Of a stretch of 64,000 bases of DNA, positions 27,401 through 39,600 are shown one piece after another. The stretch is taken from assembly GCA_028534125.1 (NCBI GenBank), contig CM052816.1, positions 89,158,001 to 89,222,000 of the forward strand, in the 5' to 3' direction. Position 1 is the stretch's first letter. Every line of letters begins with the position of its first letter. A program made the translations under genes and the position numbers. Source of the stretch: Lama glama (taxonomy: Eukaryota). Under the pieces are notes generated by a model, which ran no database searches, was not told the DNA's origin, and saw only the letters and a program-made list of their open reading frames with translations.

Positions 27401-30400
27401 TTCCCCAGACTACATTTTTAATATTTAAAACTACAGTAAAAGTAAAAAAATAATATAACTAACATTTGTGTCCTACAATTGCATTCATCAATTGTTTTTA
27501 TTTGCCACTTTTGTTTTATTGACAACTAGACATCTTTATTTTTCTGAATATGTGAAAATAATTTTTAGGCATTTAGATACATACTTTTCGTGGTTGGAGA
27601 TTGAAAGTCCTTCAGAATTTATAGATTTGGCAATTTTGACATTCACTGAATATTTTCTTGATTAACAGTTTTCCGAGCAGAATCATTAAATGCAGTATGA
27701 ATACACTAAGGATATTTATTTCAGATGCTGGAGAACAAATTTTGCTTTGCAACTTGTGAGGATAATGTATAAATGAGAAAAAGCAAAGGCCATGCTAAAA
27801 ATAAACAAGCTCATTCATTTTGTTCATCATCTTTAAAACATGAATCAAGCTTGAAATGCCATTTGCAGATAACACTACCATAGGGACAGAAGAGGAATGA
27901 CACTTTTCTTTGTATCACCTCTCATTAATTAGTACAAAGATGGTTACTAACCACCAAATGAAGGTAGTTTGGACTCCGAGAAGCCGAGGTTTTCTTCTTT
28001 TTTCTTTTTTTTTAACTTTAACACTTTTCTCTTTTTTATAATACCATTAGGATAAGCACACGCAATGTTGTTCCATCTTCCCTATGAAGGAAGCTCAGAT
28101 AATACAGGTAAACTCTGCTTCCAACAAAATGTTTGCCAGGGACACTATTTTTTTTTTCCCTAATTAGGTTTATGAGTGATGTGTATACAGTCCTTCCCTA
28201 TACACAAGCCGAGGAATAAATTAGAAACTACAAACCATATCGTGGTTTAGGGGTGATGTTATATCGGAAAAGTTTGTTTTAAAGGTATTTACTTATGATC
28301 AGGCACTTTGGATATTTGTTGTGTTATACGTTCTGAACTGACGTTTTACTCTATTTTGGTCTGGTAGACTTGCATGCAATCAATAAGCATGCCTTGTTTT
28401 AGTGTGATGTGTTATCTTAAAACCGTCAATGTTAAAATGAGGAAGACTTCTGCTCTAGCAGTTAGAGATGCGATATGAGATCTCTGCACAAACCTTAACA
28501 AGCACTTGGGCTATTTTCACTATAATTTAAATTACCAAATTGTATGGCAAAGCAAATAATCTTTTTCACGTGCTAATCTATATACCTCAAGCATAAACAA
28601 TATCTATAAAGTGTAAATAAATATGAAAAATTATTTTCCTTGCTAAGAATTTTCAAAAAATAACTGTTATGAACTGTATTCCCATGAGCCTACTGAGCCT
28701 GGCACTTTAACTTTTTATTCAGTTAGCGCTTTTGCAGTTGGCATCATTTTATCCACAAAACTACATAGCATTTTAAAAGAGACAGTAATACGATGTTACC
28801 GATTCAAATGCTTGAGGTGATAAGTTAGAGGACTCCCTGGACGACATGCCAATTTACTTGATGACTTATATTTAAAACTTTTGATTTTCTTCTCATTTGT
28901 GATATTAAATGAAAATGGTTATGCAAAAGTGTAAGGTATCTTGGGACAGAAGGACATCCTATCTTACTGATAAATTTAATTTCAAATTTCCAAGTGTAGG
29001 TTTATTATTAATTTCTTCTAAATATACAGACTGCTGGACTATAACAGCATCAGTAATTTGTGGGAAAATACTTTTTCATTGTTGTGGTTTTTACTATTTA
29101 TTTACAATATATATTTTATTATTATTTGTTCATTGATTTGCTTCTTCCTGTCTATCTCATTTGGAGTCCAGTTTCCTCTTGCTTCCTTGGACCTGCAGGT
29201 CCCCCCCGCACTGGCACTTTTATTGACCAATTGCTTCTGTCTATATATTCTCACTCCCTTGTTCAGCTCATCAACTTTCATGGGTATCACTCATGTAATT
29301 TTATGTCTCCTTGTATCTAGTTCTCTCCTTTAACCTCTGATCTTTTATATCCAGCAATGAACAGACCTTCTCCACCAGATTATCCTGCTCTTTCTCTCAA
29401 ACGCATTAGGTATATAACACTCTCAAATTTTTAAATGCTTTATTACTCTAGAAAGGCATTAATTTATAAACTATTTGGGGTGCCTCTTCTATGATATAAG
29501 AATTTTGTGTGAATTAAATGTAAGTAATAGGTGCTCTGCCTTCTTTTCGTTTTCTGAGACCAACAGGACGTAGTAAGAAGACTATGAGACTTAAAATTAG
29601 TCAGAAATTGTTTTCAAGCTTGATTGCATTAATAAGTGTATCACTACAGGCACATTATTTAATTTTCTATTTATAAAATATGCACAGCACTGCGTGGATT
29701 AAAATGTCCTGTTTCCTGCGCAGAGCACAGTGTCAAGCATCGAGAAGGCGCGACGGGAAAGGTGGCGTTTTTCATTTCTAGTCCAGCAATTTAATCTTTT
29801 GATTTTTCTACATATAACATTGGCGGCATCATCATAAAGTAAGGAGTCCAAAATGATAGTTGAATATTCCTTGTCTGATCTGTTCCCATGTTTTCATTTT
29901 TGGCATTAACGTATCTTGAGATAACCAAATTTTCTGTGTTTCTATGACTATCCCTGGTCAATATCCTTAATCTCTCCTACTTGGTTTACAATAGTTTTTG
30001 TAAACATTTGTTCTCCTTTTCCTTTTATTATTATTGTTTTGTCTTACCTATTTTTTTTTCCCTTTGCAACCTAAGTGTTCTACAAACTGCTTGAGGGTAA
30101 ATAGCAAACATCACATTGTTAATTTCTCTACTATGTCCCACTGGCCTGGTCTTGAGTATATTATGTGGATGATATACATTTGTATTAATTGGTTTGGAAT
30201 CAGTACAAGCAATTCCACTTTGACATTTGGATCTGATGTGTACTCAATATAATACTTCTTTTGTTACCTGGGTATTTTTTATTATATTATATTTTAAAAT
30301 GAATTCTCTCAAACTATGAGAATGTTTTAAAATGACGTTAAAGTAACTTGCAAGAACTATTAATTAAATGCATTGCCTACATTTGTTTGTTGATTATTGA

Positions 30401-31709
30401 ATATATATAAATAAATATGCATACAACTTTTAAGGACAATAACTTGCAGTTTGCTAATGCAGTTAGCAGTTGGAAGTTTATCCAAAAAAGTTAGCCCTTG
30501 TGCTCATGTCAATGGGTAAAATATTCAACAACTAGAGTATCTTTATTAAAAAAAATAGAGTTTTCTTTTTTAATAATGTAGTAATTTTGCTACATTTTAA
30601 AGATCTTGTGACTATAGATTTGCTAAATATATCATTTTCTGTTCAGGTATAACATAGAAATAAGTAATAAATCTATAATACCTGATTAGAATGTAAAATT
30701 TTGTGTATGGCTAATGTAATATTAAAATGTGATAAACGTTTCCCTTTCTCATCCAGATTTATGAGCTCTTAATCTTCCCAAGCTTCTATAGTTTCAGCGA
30801 TTAAGGATTAGAAGCCCAACTAATATTCATAAAATTATGACATATGTTTTTCTCTGAGCAGGAGCATTATTGGGTATATTATTTATGTCTCATCATAAGT
30901 GAATTAAATAATCTGAGCAGAGCAGCTGCCCTGAAAAATGCATATAATATGTTTTAATAATCTGTCACCTCCTCTCACAGACCAAGTTTCCAAAGTGATG
31001 TTTCCATTGTCTTTCTTTTAATATGTAAATCAAATTGGAATGTATAGCCGTCAGTTCAAAGTCACAAAATAAAATCATTTTCCTTCCTGGGAATACATTG
31101 CTTTTTTTATGATAGCCACGTACCATCTGTTCAGTATTTACTATAGGTTGTTGTCGTTGTACAAAAAGGAAACCAAACTCCGCCTTTCCATAGGACCGTG
31201 TGGGCAACTTTTCTATTGTGTAATCGTCGCTGAGCTGGATTTAGCTGTTTATTGAGGTGGTGGGACATTCATTAGAAAACTCTGTTCTCTGTCTAGTAGC
31301 ATCCTCTTCCCTGCAACAACGTAACACCCTCCCCACTTTCTAGCCCTCTTCTCTTTTCCTTCCTCTCTCCTTAAACTTAACCACATGGGGAAATAGGGCC
31401 TATAAAACAGTGCAACTCATGATCTCCTATGCAGGTTTTTAATATCCTTCACTAACGAGCACAGTGAAAAAAAATCTAAAAAGACAGCCCCATGATTCAA
31501 GCTCACCCATTCAACTTCAGTAGGTACTTTGCTAATATATGATGCTATTTATTTAATCTACTGATTAAAATGATTTTGATCATATTCACCTGTATTAGGT
31601 CAGTTGCTGTTAGATTTTTAAAATATGCTAAAATCAAACACAATTTGTTTAAATGCAACAAGCCATCTAAACAAATTGTGCATACAGCAGGATTCAAATC
31701 TCAAGATTC

Positions 31710-32265
31710 TCAGATGTTTGTAGAAATTAGCCAGTGAAGCTGCCTGATCCTGGTGTTTGTTTTGTTTTGTTTTGTTTGTTTTTGTTTTGTATTGGGAGGT
31801 TTTTATTGCTAATCGAATATATTTACTGCTTGTTGGTCAGTTCAGATTTTTTTCTTTCTTCCAGATTCAGTCTTAAAAGGTTTTATGTTTCTAGGAATGT
31901 AGACATTTCTTCTACTCTATCCTGTTTGTTGGCATATGGTTGTTGACAGTAGTCTCTTATGATTCTATTTCTTTCTGTAGAATCATTTGAAATGTCTGTT
32001 GACTGATTTCTAATTTTATTTATTTGAGGCTTCTTTTTTTCTTTTCCCCTTAGTTTAATTAAAAGTTGTCAATTTTATCTTTTTGAGAAAACAGCTTTTA
32101 GGTTTGTTGATCCTTTCTATTTCTTTCTGGTCTCAATTCCATTTATTTTTGCTCTGATCTTAATTATTTCCTTCCTTCTGCTAACATTAGGTTTAATTTG
32201 TTCATTTTATTGTTCCTTGAGGTATAAAGTTAGGTTGTTTATTTAAGATCTTTCTAATTTCTTAC
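31710..32265 (-). mobile_element. Old L1 ORF2 fragment
   Basis: CCAGTGAAGC...CCTGG, TATGTTTCTAGGAAT, TTGTTGGCATATGGTTGTTGACAGTAGTCTCTTATGAT, TTATTTCCTTCCTTCTGCTAAC. Confidence 0.85.
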
Positions 32266-33005
32266 TAGTTTGTCTTGCTTGTCAGGATTGTGGAGAAAAT
32301 CTCTTGTGCTGGTTCACTTTCTATTCCCACATATACATTGTTGTACTTGTTCACATATATTAAAGTATTATTTCCTGTGAATTTTCAGAGGATTGAGCTT
32401 CAAATTTCACAGAATAACTTATAGCAATAAGTTATGCTTGCATTGTTCATTTTTACTTAACTCTACATAAAGTCATATGGATTTATTTTTTTTTTAAATG
32501 CAGGTGTAGAAAATGCGTAGAAAGCAAAAGATCAGTAACCCCACCACTTAGAGAGGATCTCTGTAAACACTGTGAATATTCTTCAAAGCACAAATAAGTA
32601 GAATCATTCTTACGTTACATATTGCACACACATGTGTTTTGAACTCTTTTGCACCAAATAATACATCATTTGATGTTCCAGTAGCCTTAAATGTTTCAAA
32701 ATAATGGAATTCGATGCCTTTATCTACTGAATAGATATGTCCAAAGCTATTACGTTCGGCTCTTTAGTTTTTTGCTACTGCTAACATTGCTATGATCATT
32801 ATTGTTTATTCTTTTTTTGCATTTCAAGTTATTTCCCTAGCTTCATTTTCTATAACGGAATTACCCAAAACACATGAATATTTTTGGGGGTTCTAAATGT
32901 ATAGTCCTGTATTATACTTCATAAATCTATTAAGTTCATTTCAATTTGTCTACGTAACTAACCAATTCAGTGTACTATCATTAACCATTCCGCTGGCTGA
33001 ACAAA

Positions 33006-33242
33006 TTTTCTTTTTTTTTCCTATATAAACATTTTTTACTGAGTTATAGTCATTTTACAATGTTGTATCAAATTCTAGTATAGAGCACAATTTTTTGGTT
33101 ATATATGAACATACATACATTCATTGTCACTTTCTCTTTCGCTGTGAGCCACCACGAGATCCTGTATATATCTTCCTGTGCTACACAGTACAATCTTGTT
33201 TATCTATTCTACATTTTGAAATCCCAGTCCCTTCCCACCCCC
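33006..33242 (-). mobile_element. Young camelid L1 3' end, no visible TSD
   Basis: Closely similar to 8042-8274; ends GAAATCCCAGTCCCTTCCCACCCCC. Confidence 0.88.
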
Positions 33243-36200
33243 GTTATATCCAAAGTATTCTTGATATGTCCTATTTATGATATTCTATAATGTTCTAGCT
33301 TTAAAAAAATTTAGTCAAAAGATAGACTTCATAATCATTTGAAAAATCTGAGGATTACTTTCTGTCTTTATCTTTCACCCCTATTACCACTGTCCAACAG
33401 CATCGTTTTCTACCTTTAAATGTAAAGTTAGCTCGGAATGAAAACCACTGAATCATTCTTATTGTGTTTTATTTTTTTTCAAAAAATACATAAAATAATA
33501 TATGAAAATTATTTTAGAATCTCAAGAAACAAGCTAGTTTTTTTTAAAGACTTCATAAATGGGAATAGTGTAAACTCATGACTTTATGTGAGGAATTGTG
33601 TCATATAAGTGCATGAACAGGCATATAAAAACTGACCTGTCCGTGTAAGCAGTGCTTACTAAGACTTGTTGCTGTTTGTTTGTTTTATTTTTTTTCCCTT
33701 TCATATCTCCTAAGAAAAATAACTGGGTTAATTTTAAACTTAAGATCAAAAATAAATCAAAAGTAAAAATCTAGCATCAAAGGAAATACAGTGTGTTCCT
33801 TTGTTGTTACATAGCAAGTCACAAAAAAGAGAGGATAATAAACTCAATGATATCTTTCTTGCCTTCCTAAGTGAGACAAGAAGGCATATCATTTTAAATG
33901 GATCATGTATAATGAATACTTTAAACAGAGGTCTCTGAGACCCAAACGTTACATGGAATCTCCTTAATATTTTCCTGGAAAATATATCATAACACCACCC
34001 GACATAGCATTGATATCAGATCTTAAATATGTCATATGATCTTAAAAATTCAGAAATTTTCTGAAATTTTTTTTGCTTTGTCTAACTTACCGATTTACCA
34101 CTTTATAGATTTACCATTTACTAATTATAGATAATTAGTTAATCCATTAAATAGGGATTTATCACTGTGTTCATATATTTTCAAATTAACTCATTAGTTT
34201 GTAAATAATGAATGTGACTTCAAAATGTGTTTCTATCTTTATAAACTAGAATCTGATGCTGATGTGTAAGACAAAAGAGACAAACCAAGGTAACAGAATA
34301 CTCCATAAATAAATAATTTTACATATAAGCATTTATCATACAATTAAGGGGACTTCACACTCAAGGTTAAAGAGGAGATCCTATAATAAATTACAACAGA
34401 ATTGGAGAAATCAATTAAAAGCTTACCTCTTCGAACAAAATAATAATGCACTGTGAATCAATGATAAATGATAGGTCAAGGGAAACTAGAAGGAATTATA
34501 ATGGAATATTTATAATGCCTATGGGAGGGAAGGTTAAAATAAACCTGATATTTTTAGGAGAAAGTATTGCAGAGGAAAAATGGTTACATTAGAAAATCTA
34601 TAAACCTGAATTCCTTGAAACTCAAAGGAATTAAAAAAAAACTAAATGAGACTAATAAAGTATTTACTGCAATCTTCATGAAGGGCCAATAATTTTACTA
34701 TGCTATAATTTGAAAAATGGGAAAATCTCATGACCTGTAAGCCTTATTACAAAATAACATTATTATATAAACAGCGTATAGAAATATTAAAAGACTTTAA
34801 AAAGACAATAGGAAACATTCAAGACAAAGAAAGTAATCACGAAGAATATAATCACTATGAATCCGAGCCCTGGATGTAATTAATGGTATTAAAATTTTGC
34901 CACAATGTGGTATCATTTCTCCAAGTTTAAATCTGAAGCAAAGTCCAGCACTAGTGACATTGTATTGAAGTGGCCGCCCTCCTGTATTGTCACTGTTTGT
35001 TGGCTTTAACCATTTAGAAGGCAATTTCACAAATGATAATTAAAGTTTTACAGTGTATATATCCCTCTGTTCATCCTCTCCACTTCTGAAACTCCATCTC
35101 TAAGAAACAGCCCTAAATGTGAAAAATATATGTTTAAGGCACTTGTAATTATAATAACTAAATGATGAAAACAGTCTAAATGTTTAATGAAATTTAACAC
35201 TATTTAAATAAATGTTAGATAAAATGCTATACTCACAATTCAGAAATGAGTTTTCTTAGAGTTACAAATGGAAAGGGAAGTAGGAAAATAAATATTTCAA
35301 TTTTTAAATAGAGTATAATTACAACTATATTTATAATATATGTATAAGAAAATAGCTATTTTCATATTGATATCTTTTATTAGCATTTTTAAAATTTCCT
35401 ATTACTAAATACACATTAACCCTTAAGAGTTTCTGTTTAACACAATCTTAAGGAAAATTTTAAATAAAGAGAATATTCTTTAAATTACATATGTTACACA
35501 CACTCTTACACAATTTTACACACACACACACACACACTCACACAAACTGTGGAAGAGATACGTGAATATCAGTCTCAGGAGATTTCCTCCTTTCTGGCCC
35601 CTCTCTTCCCTTCTCCATTTTTATATTTTCTTTCCTCCTTCTTTTACTCTTCTCTCCCTTCCTCCTGTTTTGCCTTCTCTTTTTCACTTCATTTCACCCA
35701 TGTATTTCTCTTTATCTTCTGAATGACAACTATATTGTAGAAACAGCAGTAGTACGTGCAGAACAACAAAACAATAAATTAAGATATTGCTGAGTTAATC
35801 AAATAAGGGGAAACTATTTACTGGTGCAGGAGAAGGTCATGGCAGAATTGTCAGCAATATTCTTCAACGTCACCATTGCAGATGATTCAGTAAAGTGATG
35901 CCACATCCTACTGTTTTGGAAGTTTAAATATTCTCCATAAAGTATAACAACAGAGTATGGTATCATAGGAAGCATCACACATGAGTTTATGTCTCATTTG
36001 TTACTGCCAAGCCTCCTCACACTGGCTCAGATAATCCCCATTTAATATCCTTTGGAGGCTAATCTCCATCCTCCAGTGAAAGGGTGATCATGTTACCCGA
36101 GCATCTCTGGTAACAGCCTCTTTGTATGCGAAGGAGACTACTTTATATGTACTTTTCTTCTTTCACAGATTGGCATCTTTAAAGTATTCTTCAGCAAGTA

Positions 36201-36329
36201 TTCTATGGTGACTATCAAGTTTCTGGTGTGTGCTAAACACAAAGGGTATATGGAAAAGACTAAAGACCTCACCCCTCACCTCAGATAGCTTGCAGTCCAG
36301 CTTTGAAGATGACCAATGGCAGGTGAGAA

Positions 36330-36637
36330 GTCTTAGGTACAACTACCCAGGGTCTCTGTGGAGCATGGCTCCAGGTCACTGGTGGAGGGCGTTCTAGTCT
36401 GGTCGTTTAGGGACTAAGGGGACCTGAAGCTCTGCCACAGGCAACATATGACTTCATTCACTTGGGTGTCACCTGAAAAGAGATACAATTAAAGATCACA
36501 AGTGGAAAATTCAGTGGGCTGGACAATCATCGTATGGCCATTCCTAAATGTGAAGGAAGCTGACAAAAGTAGTTTAGTTGTGAGCCCAGAAAAAAGAGAA
36601 CAGGACTTATTTCAAAAAGACTGATGTGTCTGCGATA
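36330..36637 (-). mobile_element. Old MLT1 (J/K-like) LTR fragment
   Basis: ATGGCCATTCCTAAATGTGAAGGAAGCTGACAAAAGTAGTTTAGTTGTGAGCCCAGAAAAAAGAG resembles the reverse-strand MLT1J/K terminus. The left boundary is uncertain. Confidence 0.55.
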
Positions 36638-39600
36638 GTTTGTCTTAAACATCAGTGAGGTGTTTAATCATCATAACCACTGATAAAGACTTTCCCATGT
36701 TCTGTTATCCGCAGATCACATTTTAATAGAAAACATCTCCTTAATAAAAATAAAGATTATATTTTCTCAAATTATTTAACTCTGAAAACAAGTAGTCCTC
36801 TATTTACATCACTTCACAATTAGATGATGGAAGAAAGGAAAAAAAATACAGTCTTTCTCAGATGCACAAAGAATAAGGCCAATGTCACCTCTTAAATAAA
36901 TTACAAACATGATATTACGTAAAAGTCAAATACTAGATTATTGGAGTTTTGTTGAGAATTTATTTTGTATTTAGCCATTCTTTAATATCCAAGTACGAAA
37001 GGATAATTAAAACAACTCCCTATATTGAAATAGAAACAGTTAACTCATAGCCACTTCAATGCACATCTTAATTTAAAACTTATAGAAGAGTGTGTAAAGA
37101 TTATGTGGAAATTTATAAATAAACAGTTTTATGTACATAACACATATATAGGTAATACATATGAATAATAGATTAATTATTCCCCATATATTAAAATATT
37201 TTCAGATGTACATGTTTCACATACACATTTCATGCTTCGTATATTTCACGTTTCATATGTTTCGTGTGTGTGTTTCATAATATGTGTGTTTCACATATAT
37301 ATATTTCCAGAGGTCTGAATCACTAGGAAAGCACAAAAATACTCTATAATTCTCTTGTCCACCTTCATCAAATTAAATGTAGATTTCCCACTGCTGATAT
37401 CTCCTTAAAATGGTCAAGGAAAGGGGTGAGAGAGACTCAATTTCTATAGCAAAAGGACTTTTCAACACTTTGGCAAACTGAGGAACAGATTTTATGTCTC
37501 ACCAGAATATTCCAGATGCTTATTAGGGCAGAAGTAGAACCTGATAAAAAGGAGGAGTGTAACTGACTATAGATGTGTATATGAGGAGATACAAATGTTA
37601 TTTCATGAATAGGTCAGATAGATTGATATCCACCTTCACTTCTTGAGATTTTACTAAGGTATTAGTTCACAGTTCCTTGCTCTTGAGATTCTTCCATGAA
37701 TTATGTATGACAATTCAAAACAAGAAGAGTTGAAGTGTGAAAATCTCTGAGAAGGATTAACACCATGAATAGTCTTAAGGATAAAGCTGCAAATTATTCT
37801 CTACTCTACATCAATATTTATCAAATTTTTTAGGATTATGGAACTCTATGATGTTTAATAACAAATGTGCTTCCCTTCAAAATATAGCATGTTTATGGAA
37901 AAATGCCCTAATACCGTGTCAGCACTGGTCTCGACTGCATTAGAAATGAAATACCAGGGCCCTACAAACTTCCTTCAGAAAATTTCAGAGACTGTAAGCT
38001 ATCTGAGGCCAGGGATTAGGATCAAATCCTACCCTTGTGTCCTTAACGCCTAGGGCATGCCAAGAACTTGGTAGGCACCAAGCAGTTCTGCCTGAATAAA
38101 TTCATAAAAGACAAAATGTAAAAGAAAAATATGTGTAAAATAACCCCTGTAACACACTGAGAGCCTGTTAGGATGGCCCCAGGGAACCCCCAGGTAAAAG
38201 ACACTCCTCCTCTCAACTTTAAATGGAATTAACTTGAGCTGGTTGGTGTAAATTTGGAGGGAGCGAGGATAGTTACTTGTTAATAAGATATGCATTCATG
38301 TATAATGTTTTGTTTTGCATTATACTCTGTTATATTTTATGAAGAATGTTATAATTTCCAAAACAGTATGATGCGGCATCACTTTGTCAGGTCATCTGCA
38401 ATGGTGCCCTTAAAGAACATTGCGAACCATTCAGCTCTGTGTCCTGACAGCCATGATCTCCTCTTGTAACAAAATAATTTACCCCTGTTTGGTTAACTCG
38501 CCAATAACTTCATCTGGTCTTTCTGCTACTCTGAGGCTACTACCATTGACAATTGTTTCATACATTGAATACAGGAGAAAAAGAGAAATCATATATATAG
38601 ATATAGATTTCTTCCTTATAATCACAAATATTTCAATATAAGGAAGTATAAGGTATACCATATGCTAACTGAGGCTGTAATAGTCCTTATTCCTATTACA
38701 AAAGAATTGTTAGACACATTGTTAACTATTTAATAAAGAGTTTAAAGGAAGAATAATATAATACTAAATGACTTCTTAGTATTTGTATATTGAAATCCAA
38801 ACAGTGCTGAATATTCACTATTGCTAAATATTACAGGCCACTTTTACTAGAGATCCTGTGCAGAAATTTATTGAGAAACCCGCCACTATGTTAAACAACA
38901 AGTTGATGATTAAACAACTGCTGATGATTAAAAACCGTTATGTCCTGCTTTTCCAGTATAAGAAATATCATTAAAGTGTTACCTTTAGAATTTCCTTCTA
39001 TAATTAGATTTCTATTTAGAGAGTGGACAGATTAAAAAGATTAAAATTGAGCATTTGTTTATTTCATTATGTAAATATATTTTATTAATAAGAGTATGGA
39101 AGGGATTATCTAAGTTTATTTCAATGTGGTATCTAAAAGTGCAAATGATTGGCTTTCAACTGAAGGAAGAAAACCTGTATTTGCAACACTATCTTTTGAT
39201 TGTTTTTCCTTGATTTAAAGAAAATTTAATATAAAAGTTTATTTCTCCTTACAAGTATGCCACAATCTTGTACATAAAGACATTATATAACCAGTTTTCA
39301 GCTATTTATGATGGAATAGCATGCTGCTTGAGGTAGGCATTTTTTTAATTATAAAAATTGCTCTTATTATGTTCAGAATTAGATATTTTGAGAAAAATAA
39401 AGCAGTATATCCATGCTTGGATATCTGAAATTTTTATATGTTTTTGTGATGAGCTATTTCATAAAATATATATTTACAATTGGCATATATTTTTTGTGAA
39501 GGGAGAGGGTGTCATCCTGGTCAGCAAGTTCATTTACTAGATGAATAGATCCATGAACCTGTGGGGACATTTTTATGCCACATAGCGCCTCAGTAGGAAC

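Noticed and set aside
34045..34072. AT-rich imperfect palindrome AAAAATTCAGAAATTTTCTGAAATTTTT; another at 32414-32435
   Set aside because: Short and low-complexity, so plausible by chance in AT-rich DNA.
38891..38940. Short direct repeats (TTAAACAAC...TGATGA, 2-3 copies); similar ones at ~16323 and ~42629
   Set aside because: Ordinary slippage duplications with no spacers, so not CRISPR-like.
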